Shown here: positions 1 to 11,749 of the stretch, one piece after another
How the letters are laid out: each line of letters opens with the position of its first letter
How positions within the stretch are numbered: the first letter of the stretch is position 1
Source: Phycisphaerae bacterium
GTDB lineage: Bacteria; Planctomycetota; Phycisphaerae; UBA1845
Reading direction: 5' to 3'
DNA length: 64,000 bases
NCBI GenBank assembly: GCA_963666835.2
Contig: CAXXGO010000006.1
Location: 224,001 to 288,000 of the forward strand
The notes under the pieces: generated by a model
What the model was told of the DNA's origin: nothing
Seen by the model: only the letters and a program-made list of their open reading frames with translations
Databases searched by the model: none
Translations under genes and position numbers: made by a program

Positions 1-294
1 GACAGAAGTAGTGAAGATGAGACCAACGCCAAAGGAGCCGACGCCGCAGAGCAGCAGGAGCATCGTTCGCTGGTCCGGCGGCGGCTTGAAGCTGTGGAGA
101 ACCAGCGGCAGGCCTCAGCCGCCCGCGAGCGCCGGTGGGCGGCGACCCCGGATGAGCCCCTCGACCGGGAATCGTCTCAACGGCCCGTGACGCTGGTCAT
201 CTGCCTGGAGGTCGCAAAACCGGCGTCGCCGAAGCCGGCCCCCAAGGACCAACCGAAACCACGCCCCGGATCTGAATCGTCTCCCGCACAGTAG
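1..294 (+). CDS. 3' end of a hypothetical protein (5' part outside window)
   Basis: Frame +1 is open from base 1 to TAG at 292-294. Pro/Lys-rich tail, no recognisable domain. Confidence 0.45.
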   Translation, partial: DRSSEDETNAKGADAAEQQEHRSLVRRRLEAVENQRQASAARERRWAATPDEPLDRESSQRPVTLVICLEVAKPASPKPAPKDQPKPRPGSESSPAQ

Positions 295-930
295 GGACCG
301 CACCCGTAACGCAGGCATCATGCCTGCAGAACCCCCCTGTAACGCAGGCATGATGCCTGCAGAACGCTGCACAACGTGCAGCTCAAAAAACGCGAGCCGC
401 CACGGGCCAACAAGTTGGCCCATGCCACCCATTTGTCACTTCCCGTAGGGCAGGTCGAGGTACGAGACCTGCCATACTAGCTGCTGCGCCGCTTCGTTTG
501 CCCTGGGCTTTGCTGTTAAACGCCTTCGGCCTATGTTCACAAGACCCACATCGCGCGGAGACCGCGGCAGGTCTCGTACCTCGACCGTACCCTACCGCCG
601 CCTACGCCGCCCTGTGCATGCCGCCGGCGCTCTCCGGCATTCCGGAGAACCCGCCGGCGTGCGTGAACATCATCGGCTCCCCCGGGTCCGAGCCATCCTA
701 CTCCCACGACCCTCAACAATCCGGATCACATCCCAAGCCTAAGAGGACCCGGGCCACCCAAGCCGCCACGGGCTAACAGGTTGGCCCATGACACCCATTT
801 GTCACTTCCCGTAGGGCAGGTCGAGGTACGAGACCTGCCGCAACGGCGCGCCTCAAGCAAAAACTGCGTGGCCATTCGAGTCCCCCGCCTCTAAAGAGGC
901 GGGCCACCCCACCAAACCCATGAATCCCCC
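295..930. repeat. Mosaic cluster of REP-like palindromes, including a 79-bp direct repeat
   Basis: GTAACGCAGGCATCATGCCTGC-type units near 306 and 339. GTAGGGCA(C)GGTCGAGGTACGAGACCTGCC at 445-473 and 811-839, inverted at 566-595. Near-identical direct repeat 395-473 / 761-839. Confidence 0.85.
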
Positions 931-956
931 ACCTGCGCCCCGGGTCAAACGCCGCG

Positions 957-2096
957 TCAATCCAACCAGAGCTTCTTGTTCTTCAAGCGCGACGGCACGT
1001 ACTCGCCGGTAAGATACTCGAGGTCTTTGCTGATCATGGCCTCGACTTCCATCTTGAAGCCGTTGGAGATCATCTTCTTGATCTCGCGTTGCCAGGGGCG
1101 TTTATTCTTGAACCACGGGTAGTTGGCGATTTGCTTGGCGCGCTTGACGTCCCCGGCGTCCAGCTCGATCTTCACGTCGTCGCTCATCTCGCAGCGGTCG
1201 TAATCGAAACTCGACACGCCGATGAAGTGCGCGTCGGGCACGGCCATGCGCCGCGATTCGTAGGCGAGGTTGATCGATCCGTGTTTGATAACCGAGTAGA
1301 TGTAATACCCCCACGGATCGTTATCCAGCAGAACGAAGACCGGCAGCTTCAGCTCTTCATGCATGCGCCGCAGGAGCCGCCGCATGCCCCGAGCCGGCTG
1401 ACCGCCGCCGTGCGAGATGATGCAGTTATGCGTCTCCCAGAACCGGTCCTCGTGGAACCGCCGCCATACGGTGTCTTTTTCGACGTGCAGGATGAACTTC
1501 GCCTGGCACTTTTTGAACTGGATGACGTCGGACTCGACAATACTCGGCACCGCATAGCCCGCACTGCCCATCGCCGCACAATCCAACGTGTTACCCGCGT
1601 CGACCAGCGTAATCGGTCCGGCCAAGTTGCCCCGGTTGCTGGCGAAGACGTGCAACTCTTCCCGCAATGAGTCGATGGCAACCTCTAAATCCTCGATCAC
1701 CGGGTCGGATTCGCTCTGGTCGTCGAAGGTCTTTTCGTTCGTGCCTTTGATAGTGTGTTTGCTGAGATAGTAGATCTGCCGGATGCTGGCCGTCTTGTCT
1801 CGCGCGATCAGCTCCTTGCACTTGGAAGCAACCAGCATAGTCTGCATGAACCGTTTAGCTTGACCATAGTTGAAGAGATTACGCGATTGCTTGTTGGCTC
1901 CGAGTTCTACATGGCGGGTGTCTTCGTTATAGGCAACGTTGCTCAAAGCCCGGACGGGGATCTGAATGGCCGGATCCTCTTCGCGCCGGGCCATATCCAC
2001 TACCGCCTGCGCAAGCCCTTCGATACTCTTCCGCGCGTCGCCGCGGCTTTTGGTACTGGTCTTACGCGTTTGGGGCTTCGTCTTCTTCGTAACCAT
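957..2096 (-). CDS. top6A: DNA topoisomerase VI subunit A (Spo11-like)
   Basis: RQIYY catalytic Tyr motif, FDDQSESD, TOPRIM motifs VEKD and DNDPWG, and a C-terminal KMEVEA motif. Confidence 0.95.
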   Translation of the reverse strand: MVTKKTKPQTRKTSTKSRGDARKSIEGLAQAVVDMARREEDPAIQIPVRALSNVAYNEDTRHVELGANKQSRNLFNYGQAKRFMQTMLVASKCKELIARDKTASIRQIYYLSKHTIKGTNEKTFDDQSESDPVIEDLEVAIDSLREELHVFASNRGNLAGPITLVDAGNTLDCAAMGSAGYAVPSIVESDVIQFKKCQAKFILHVEKDTVWRRFHEDRFWETHNCIISHGGGQPARGMRRLLRRMHEELKLPVFVLLDNDPWGYYIYSVIKHGSINLAYESRRMAVPDAHFIGVSSFDYDRCEMSDDVKIELDAGDVKRAKQIANYPWFKNKRPWQREIKKMISNGFKMEVEAMISKDLEYLTGEYVPSRLKNKKLWLD

Positions 2097-2290
2097 GATG
2101 ACTTTCTCTGTTGCCGTCCCCCACGGCTAAAGGGGGCGTCGGTTTAATCGATTTCGCGAGATTTAGATGGTTGGCTCGGAGCCAGAACATAGGTTGTCAT
2201 TCTTGACAGCCAACTCGTGCGCTCGATTTCGAATAAACCGACAGGCCCTAAAGCCGTGGGCCACCCAACTGGTGGGGAATTCGAACCACG

Positions 2291-4234
2291 CTAGCGCTTC
2301 CGTTTCTTCTTACCCGGCTTGGCGCGGGTTGCTCTTTTGACAGCGGTACGGGTCGCCGGATCCGGGAACAGGGTCTCCTGCTCCACCGTGGCGTCGTTGC
2401 CGTTGTTCTCCTCTACCACCACCGTGTCGGCCAGCCCGAGATCGTTGCCAACCGCGCGTTTCTTCACGATCTTGCCGTGATCGTCGAACTCCAGATCGGC
2501 TTGAGCCGTGAAGGTCTTGGCCAGCGACAACAGCGACCGCCGGAAGTCCTCCTTGTTCACTACCACCGTGTTCCGCACCGCCTCTACAACCTCGTCGATA
2601 TAGCGGGTGTACACATCACGTCGCTTGCTGAACGTGGCTTTCTTACGCTTGCGGCGCAGGAGCATACCCAGCCGCCGCCCGCACTCCGCCAATGCCAGCC
2701 GGACCTCCTTGCGAATCTCGTCGTAATCTGCGACGGCCTCCTTGCCTTCCGACACGAAGGGGACCCACACGCTGGCCATGTGGATCAGCACCACCATCGG
2801 CGCCCGCGGCAGCGATCCGGACGACTGCGACAAGTTGTAGTTGTTCCATTTCGTCTCGACGATCGCCTTGAACATTGAGCACGAACTCTGCTGATAGAGC
2901 AGCGGCACCCGGTTTGCAAAGCGGATTACTCGAACCGACGCCGGCTCGCCCTTGCCCCTGGCGTCACCGTCGCCATCGCGATGGTCTGAGCCGAGCTGAC
3001 CGCCGTAGGCCAGCCCGACCTCGATTTGAAACGGATTCCCGCGATAAACGCTCGGCGGGCGGGTACTGGCCGTGTAGAACTCCGCCTTCACCCCTTTGAG
3101 CAGCCCCGCAAGGATAGCCTCCGCTCCGATCGGCGCCAGGCAATTCGTGGCTGGTGCCTTGAGCTTCGTGTTTTGCAGGGCGTTGTACAGTTTCTCGGCC
3201 ACCGGCGGCGTCACGGAGTTGACCCAAGTTGCTGTGGTCACCCCGGCCTCCGCGCACACTTTCTTCGCTATAGCCGCGCTGACTCTGGAGAACTCACTGG
3301 CCAGAAAGTGCCCCATCTTCGTAGCGGACGTATCCTTTAGCATCTTCATCAGCGTACCGAGTTCGATGCCGTACGGATGCGGTTTGATCTCTTTCGTCTC
3401 GTCCGGCAGGACCTCGGTGCCGCGCGAGTACTCAATGCTTGCGCCGACCGGCGGATGGTAGACGAATCGGGCGTGCGGGTTCGCGATGGCGGTCAGTTCG
3501 AGGTACTCATCAACGCTCTGTCGCCCGCGGTTGTAGCTGGCCTCGATCTCGAGCTTCACTTCGGTACCGTGAGGCCAGTCCACTTCTGCGGTGTCGTCGC
3601 TGATGATGTCCGGCCGGTTCTTCTTCGTATCGATTGCCAAGGTATATCGGTGGGCGAGCGCCCGCGGGCCTGTCCGGCTCACAATTCGGATAGGCTTACC
3701 GGTGGTAATCAAGCCGTACATGCCAGCCGCGCTGATCCCGATGCCTTGCTGTCCGCGCGACATCTTGAGCCGGTGGAACTTCGAGCCATACAACAGCTTT
3801 CCGAAAACGTTGGGAATCTGCTGTTTCACGATCCCGGGCCCGTTGTCCCGGACGATTACCGCAAAACGATCTTGATCGGTCTGTTTAACGGTTACTTCAA
3901 TATCCGGCGGGATGGCCGCGTCTTCGCAGGCGTCGAGGCTATTATCGACGGCCTCTTTGACGGTGGTCAGCAGAGCCTTGCGTTTGCTATCGAACCCGAG
4001 AAGGTGCCGGTTCTTGGCGAAGAACTCTGAGACGGAAATCTCACGTTGTTGTTTGGCGAGCGTTTCAGCCGTTGCCCCGCGGTTCGCTCGCGCCGGCTTC
4101 GGCGGAGCGGACGGTCGCGGGGGGCTCACTTGTTGTGTTTCCGGTGCGCTGTTCATCTGCGTTGCCTGGGGAAACGCCAGAGTAAGTTGCCCGGCCGATG
4201 CGGGCGCTAATCCGGCAGGCGGGTGGTTAGCCAT
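2291..4234 (-). CDS. top6B: DNA topoisomerase VI subunit B (GHKL ATPase)
   Basis: EISVSEFFAKNRHLLGFD, KEAVDNSLDA, DNGPG, SRGQQGIGIS, KPHPYG, RFANRVPLLY. Start placed at ATG 4234, which follows a GGAGG RBS; the ORF track extension to 4591 overlaps dnaA. Confidence 0.95.
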   Translation of the reverse strand: MANHPPAGLAPASAGQLTLAFPQATQMNSAPETQQVSPPRPSAPPKPARANRGATAETLAKQQREISVSEFFAKNRHLLGFDSKRKALLTTVKEAVDNSLDACEDAAIPPDIEVTVKQTDQDRFAVIVRDNGPGIVKQQIPNVFGKLLYGSKFHRLKMSRGQQGIGISAAGMYGLITTGKPIRIVSRTGPRALAHRYTLAIDTKKNRPDIISDDTAEVDWPHGTEVKLEIEASYNRGRQSVDEYLELTAIANPHARFVYHPPVGASIEYSRGTEVLPDETKEIKPHPYGIELGTLMKMLKDTSATKMGHFLASEFSRVSAAIAKKVCAEAGVTTATWVNSVTPPVAEKLYNALQNTKLKAPATNCLAPIGAEAILAGLLKGVKAEFYTASTRPPSVYRGNPFQIEVGLAYGGQLGSDHRDGDGDARGKGEPASVRVIRFANRVPLLYQQSSCSMFKAIVETKWNNYNLSQSSGSLPRAPMVVLIHMASVWVPFVSEGKEAVADYDEIRKEVRLALAECGRRLGMLLRRKRKKATFSKRRDVYTRYIDEVVEAVRNTVVVNKEDFRRSLLSLAKTFTAQADLEFDDHGKIVKKRAVGNDLGLADTVVVEENNGNDATVEQETLFPDPATRTAVKRATRAKPGKKKRKR

Positions 4235-4505
4235 CCATGGCCCTCCAACTCGACACGATCCCACTCCCTTTGGGTCGTTATCATATCCCGCGCTGACCTG
4301 CGTGCAACAGGATTCCGGCAGTGACTGTTGCTCGATTCCCTCTGGCGTCGGCCGCTCAAACAGGTAGAATAGAGCATTGGCTGCCGGGCATTGTCCGGGC
4401 ATCCAATCTGTTGTGTAGCCAGTAGTTACGATCTTCGCGGTCGCGGGCTGCCTTGCTGAAACGAACGGTGGCTGCGCGCACATCGCGCAACCAGATGCGA
4501 TCTTC

Positions 4506-5822
4506 ATGAGTACGGTACCCGCAACACTCTGGGAAGACATGCTTGGCCAGGTAAGGCTGAGCCACCCGCCCCTCATTCGCGGCTGGTTCACCGAGCTTTC
4601 GCTGGTGAGCGTCGATCACGGCGTAATCGAGATCAAGACGCGCAACCATGCTCAATCGCGATACTTAGAACAACACTGCCAGCAGGCCTTCGCCGAAGCC
4701 GCCCAAGCGGCCACCGGGCGACTTGTGTCTGTGGCCTTCCTGACCGACACCGACGGCGATGAGCCGACGGACGGAGGCAGCTCATTCGACGGTGCCGATG
4801 AGGAGCTACGGCTGAATCCGGAGTATCTCTTCGATCACTTCGTAACCGGCCCGTGCAATCGGCTGGCGCACGCGGCGGCCGTCGCCGTGGCGGAGGATCC
4901 CGGGCGAGCTTACAACCCGCTCTTCGTCTACGGTCCGGTGGGCTTAGGCAAAACGCACTTGCTCCAGGCCATCTGCCACGCCATTCAGGACCGCGAGCCC
5001 CGCGCCAAGAGCCTTTACATCTCTTGCGAGACGTTTATCAACCACTTCATTGAAGCGGTAGAGCGGGGTGCTCTCCACCGATTGCGGTACCGATACCGGC
5101 ACGTCGACGCGTTGGTCATCGACGACATCCAGTTTCTTGCGGAGCGAGAGAGAAGCCAGGAAGAGTTCTTCCACACCTTCAACGCTCTGTATCAATCGCA
5201 ACGTCAGATCATCCTTTCGGCAGATTGCTCGCCGTCGGAGATCCCGAGCCTCGAAGAGCGGCTGGTTAGCCGATTCAACTCCGGGCTGGTCGCCCTGCTC
5301 GACCGGCCGTGCCTCGAAACGCGCATGGCCATCGTTCGCAAAAAAGCCAAACTGCGCTGCATCGAGGTACCCGAAGAAGTCATTCGCCTTATCGCCAGCC
5401 GCGTCGCAACGAACATTCGCGAGCTGGAGGGATCGTTGATTAAGGTCGACGCCCTCAGCCAGACGCGGGATGGGAAGATCACCATCGAGGTCGCTCACGA
5501 GGCGTTAGGGACGGAGCCTGGCCGCCCGATCCCCATCCCTCCGATCTTGGAAGCGGTGGCGCGCAAATTCAACGTTCGCGTCTCGGAGCTGCAGAGCAAG
5601 AAACGCTCCAAGACGGTCACTCAGCCGCGCCACGTGTGCATGTACCTCGCCCGGCAATTGACCGGACAGAGTCTCGAGCAGATCGGCGGGTACTTCGGTG
5701 GCCGGGACCATACAACCGTACTCCACGCCGCCCGGGCGATGACGCAGCAGATCGAGGACGATCCGAAGCTCAAGGCTCTGGTAGAGGAGATCATCACGGA
5801 GGTGAAGAATGCGACTTACTAG
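4506..5822 (+). CDS. dnaA: Chromosomal replication initiator DnaA
   Basis: YNPLFVYGPVGLGKTHLL (Walker A), IDDIQFL, QEEFFHTFN, NIRELEG, FGGRDHTTVLHA signature. Confidence 0.98.
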   Translation: MSTVPATLWEDMLGQVRLSHPPLIRGWFTELSLVSVDHGVIEIKTRNHAQSRYLEQHCQQAFAEAAQAATGRLVSVAFLTDTDGDEPTDGGSSFDGADEELRLNPEYLFDHFVTGPCNRLAHAAAVAVAEDPGRAYNPLFVYGPVGLGKTHLLQAICHAIQDREPRAKSLYISCETFINHFIEAVERGALHRLRYRYRHVDALVIDDIQFLAERERSQEEFFHTFNALYQSQRQIILSADCSPSEIPSLEERLVSRFNSGLVALLDRPCLETRMAIVRKKAKLRCIEVPEEVIRLIASRVATNIRELEGSLIKVDALSQTRDGKITIEVAHEALGTEPGRPIPIPPILEAVARKFNVRVSELQSKKRSKTVTQPRHVCMYLARQLTGQSLEQIGGYFGGRDHTTVLHAARAMTQQIEDDPKLKALVEEIITEVKNATY

Positions 5823-6100
5823 TACTGGTAAGGCCGTTAGATTCTCTGTCAGAATCCGCCGAACCGGCTTGCCAACACTGGTAACCGCTCCGCCCCCGTG
5901 CGTTCCAACAGGTGAACTCACAGCGATGCCCACAACCGATTCACAGACCGGTGGCGATGTTGAGGATTCCAGGCTACGGTGGACAAGGAACTTGCGCCTA
6001 AGGCTCGCCGCACAAGGCACGCTTTTCACGGGCTCTAATATGACTACTATATCCAAATAGGTAATATCAATACTAGAACCCCCCGGCAGACACACGAGAG
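5823..6100. other. Putative oriC (dnaA-dnaN intergenic)
   Basis: Degenerate DnaA-box-like 9-mers (ATGCCCACA, CGATTCACA, GGTGGACAA, CTTTTCACG). The last is followed by GGCTC, then trio-like TAATATGACTACTAT and an AT-rich tract at 6036-6076. Confidence 0.7.
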
Positions 6101-6113
6101 AATGCGAGGTCCC

Positions 6114-7217
6114 ATGAAGCTGCGATTTGATCGACATGAGATGGCCGATGCCCTTCGGGCGATATGCAGCGTAGCCGCTATCCGTACCCCCAAGCCGGTC
6201 TTACGATGTGTGCGGATCGAGGCTCAATCGGATGTACTGCTGCTATCGGGTACGGATCTCGAAGTAGGCTTGCGGTGCGCGGTGGCGCGAGTGGAGGTCG
6301 ACGAACCGGGCGACGTACTCGTGGTGGCCGACACGCTGTCGCGGATCGTTAGCGAATGTACGGAAGAGACTCTTAACCTGGAGACAGACGAGCGTACTCT
6401 GCACGTGCGCGGTGAAGGCAGCCACTTCCAAATCGTAACGCAGGAGACCGCAGAGTTCCCCACTGTTCCGACGTTGGATGACGCTGCCGATTTCACCATG
6501 GAATACGGAGTGCTGACGCGTTTGATCGACTGGACCATCTTTGCAGCGGCACGAGAGAGCACGCGGTATGCGATAAACGGGGTGTTCTGGGAGGCTGAGG
6601 GCGAGCGGCTGACCCTGGCGGCGACGGATGGGCGGCGCTTGTCGATGGCTCGTGGGGAGATTCAGGCCGGAAGCGGGTCGATCCCTCGCGCAATTGTTCC
6701 CGGAAAAGCGTTGGCGCTCCTGGGCCGGCTGGCGAGTGAGGCGGATGCCCAGGCTGGGGTGAAGATCAGTAGCAATCAGCTTCTGATCAGGGTCGGGCGG
6801 GCCGTGTTGAGCACCTCGCTCGTCGAGGGTAACTTCCCGAAGTACCAAGACGTCATTCCGGGGGATTGTGATCGCATCGTCGAGTTGGCTACGACGGGTT
6901 TTCTCAGTGCCCTTAAGCGCGCGGCTCTGCTGACGAATGAGGAATCCAAGGGGGTCCGCGTTGCGTTGACGGAGGGCGATCTGACCTTGTCGAGCCGGGC
7001 GCCGGAGCAAGGGGAGGCCACGGTCTCCATGCCGGTCAGCTACAGCGGTGAGCCGGTCGAGATAGGTTTTAATCCGGTGTTTCTGACCGACGTTCTCCGG
7101 GTGGCTCATTCGGACACGGTTACGTTGGCGTTGCGGGCGGCGGACAGGCCGGGAGTGATCCGGATCGGTGATAACTTCGTCTACGTGGTCATGCCGGTGA
7201 ATTTGGCGTCGGCTTAA
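6114..7217 (+). CDS. dnaN: DNA polymerase III beta clamp
   Basis: GTDLE, ATDGRRL, EGNFPKYQDVIP, IGFNPVFL, C-terminal VVMPV; position after dnaA. Confidence 0.97.
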   Translation: MKLRFDRHEMADALRAICSVAAIRTPKPVLRCVRIEAQSDVLLLSGTDLEVGLRCAVARVEVDEPGDVLVVADTLSRIVSECTEETLNLETDERTLHVRGEGSHFQIVTQETAEFPTVPTLDDAADFTMEYGVLTRLIDWTIFAAARESTRYAINGVFWEAEGERLTLAATDGRRLSMARGEIQAGSGSIPRAIVPGKALALLGRLASEADAQAGVKISSNQLLIRVGRAVLSTSLVEGNFPKYQDVIPGDCDRIVELATTGFLSALKRAALLTNEESKGVRVALTEGDLTLSSRAPEQGEATVSMPVSYSGEPVEIGFNPVFLTDVLRVAHSDTVTLALRAADRPGVIRIGDNFVYVVMPVNLASA

Positions 7218-7232
7218 GAGTTACCACTTCTG

Positions 7233-7586
7233 ATGGTTGAGCGCGATCAGTTGAAGTGGGTTCAGGCGAACCGGGCAGAGAAGAGCCGGGCTTGTGCGGC
7301 CGGGGATCTGGTCAAGCGCGTGGCTGAGCAGGTGCTGCAGGGGGCGTACGGCGCCGCGGAGGACGCGGCCGGGCGGCTGAGCGAGATTGTGGATGACGAA
7401 TTCCGCGAGCACTGCCGGGTGGTTGAGTGCCGGGGCGGCGTCTTACGCATCAACGTGGATGAACCGGCTTGGGGCTACGTGATGCGGCAACGCTGGTCGA
7501 GCAGAATCCGCCAAGTATTGGGCTACCGGGTGAAGAACGTCCTGTTTGAGTATGGGGACACGGGGGTGCGGATACCCAACCGTTAG
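7233..7586 (+). CDS. DUF721/DciA-like helicase-loading factor
   Basis: 117 aa between dnaN and gyrB. The motif 'EHCRVVECRGGVLRINVDEPAW' resembles DUF721. Confidence 0.7.
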   Translation: MVERDQLKWVQANRAEKSRACAAGDLVKRVAEQVLQGAYGAAEDAAGRLSEIVDDEFREHCRVVECRGGVLRINVDEPAWGYVMRQRWSSRIRQVLGYRVKNVLFEYGDTGVRIPNR

Positions 7587-7624
7587 GGCGGGTGTCGGAC
7601 GAGCTGTCGGAAAACGGCGATTGA

Positions 7625-10228
<2,604 letters not shown>

Positions 10229-10318
10229 TCACCCGGGGGCGGTCTTGAAATGCCGTCGTCCAGTACGCCCCGGCCAGATGACAGCCCGTTGCCCCATGAC
10301 ACCCGAGTGTCGTCACTT

Positions 10319-10546
10319 GTAGGGCAGCATCGAGGCACGAGACCTGGAAAGCACCGGAATAAACCGGCATGGAGTAGCGGATGAAAGAGCCGTACAGGAA
10401 AGGGCTAAGGTAGGAGCTGTATGACGTAATTCTCCACGTACGGATCTGTGCGGGGGGTGGCCCGAAAGGGCCATTCCTACCGCGACCCGCGAAGACGCAT
10501 GTCGCGCGAAAACCACGGCAGGTCTCGTGCCTCGACCGTGCCCTAC
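10319..10546. repeat. Inverted REP pair (REPIN-like); left arm interrupted by the mini-intron
   Basis: GTAGGGCAGCATCGAGGCACGAGACCTG at 10319-10346 and an inverted copy at 10517-10546. Confidence 0.85.
10347..10486 (+). mobile_element. 140-nt group II intron mini-derivative (5' end fused to DV-DVI) inserted in a REP
   Basis: The first ~61 nt match 35364-35424. They are followed by DV (GAGCTGTATGACGTAATTCTCCACGTACGGATC) and DVI ending CCTACCGCGAC. Flanks are GAGACCTG|CCGC. Confidence 0.9.
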
Positions 10547-10584
10547 AGGCGCCGTCGCTGCCCTACGTTTGCCGCCGGGGCTCG

Positions 10585-11544
10585 TCAGCCGGCTTGGACG
10601 AACAGCAGGGCCGAGCCGGCTACGGCCACGACTGCTCCGACGGCGGCGCGAAGGCTGATGCGCTCCTTCTCGACCCAAACGGCAAACGGCAGGATGAAGA
10701 CCGGCGTCAGCGAACAAAGAGTCTGAGCGATGCCCAGCTCGGTCAGATCCGACGCCACCAAGGACATCCACACTCCCAGATACGGCCCGAAGAAAGCGCC
10801 GCAGAGAGTGAGCACATAGCCTGCGCTGCGCGAACCGATCCTCTCGGGAAGAACTCCCGCCGCCCGCCGGCGTCGCCCGCGCTGGTGATGCAACAGCACG
10901 ATCGGGAACATCCCCAAACCGGCGAAGACCATGCGGATCAACGTGGCGGCCTGTGCCGTCAGGTGCTCATCCTCCGGCAGCCAGCCGTGGCCGATCCCCT
11001 GCTTGCTGAGCAGAAGACCGCCGGCCTGGCACGCCGCGGCCACGAGAGCCAAGACGATCCCCCGAGCGTGGTGAACCGACCTGGGGCGGTCCCGTCGGCG
11101 AGGCCTCTCCAGGACCACCCACGAGACCCCGCCGATGGTCAATCCGACCCCCAACCACGCGCCGCCGTGCAGTGTTTCACCGAGCGCCAGCCAGCCGAAC
11201 AACGCCGCCCAGAGCGGAGAGGTGGCCATGACAAGCATGCACAGCCGAGGCCCGAGATCCACAAACGCAACGAACAAGGCTTGATCACCCAGAGCCAGAC
11301 CTACGATGCCGGACAGGGCCAAGAACATCACCTGGCCCGCCACGGCCGGCGGTATCCAACTGCCGCTGATGATCCGGAACGTCACGGCCAGAAAGACTAT
11401 AGCCAGGCCGATTCGCAACGTGTTCACGAACGTCGGCCCCAGACGCCGCCCGGCGCTCGTAAAGCACAAGGCCGTTCCCGTCCAAAGAAGGGATGTCGTA
11501 ACACCCGCGGCCGGGCCTGCGTATATTCCGAGGTTATCCAACAT
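10585..11544 (-). CDS. DMT/EamA-family transporter
   Basis: About 10 hydrophobic helices in two EamA-like halves ('LFGWLALGETL', 'VWVEKERIS'). Confidence 0.9.
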   Translation of the reverse strand: MLDNLGIYAGPAAGVTTSLLWTGTALCFTSAGRRLGPTFVNTLRIGLAIVFLAVTFRIISGSWIPPAVAGQVMFLALSGIVGLALGDQALFVAFVDLGPRLCMLVMATSPLWAALFGWLALGETLHGGAWLGVGLTIGGVSWVVLERPRRRDRPRSVHHARGIVLALVAAACQAGGLLLSKQGIGHGWLPEDEHLTAQAATLIRMVFAGLGMFPIVLLHHQRGRRRRAAGVLPERIGSRSAGYVLTLCGAFFGPYLGVWMSLVASDLTELGIAQTLCSLTPVFILPFAVWVEKERISLRAAVGAVVAVAGSALLFVQAG

Positions 11545-11749
11545 GGGCGCGGGTATTGTACGAGCGGGCCAACCCGCGACCAGCGGTCTCGAAGCAGAAC
11601 GGATGTCGGAAGTTGCGCGGCTTGACGGGCGGCATGCCCCACGCTAGCGTGGGCATGGCCCGGTTCGTTGTGTCGCCCGCATGCCTTGTGGGCGCTCAAC
11701 ATGGCCACGCAAGCGTGGACCATGGCGCCCGGCACCCGGCGACGCAGCA

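Noticed and set aside
4235..4591. N-terminal extension of Top6B in the ORF track
   Set aside because: It overlaps dnaA and its promoter; a better start with an RBS exists at 4234.
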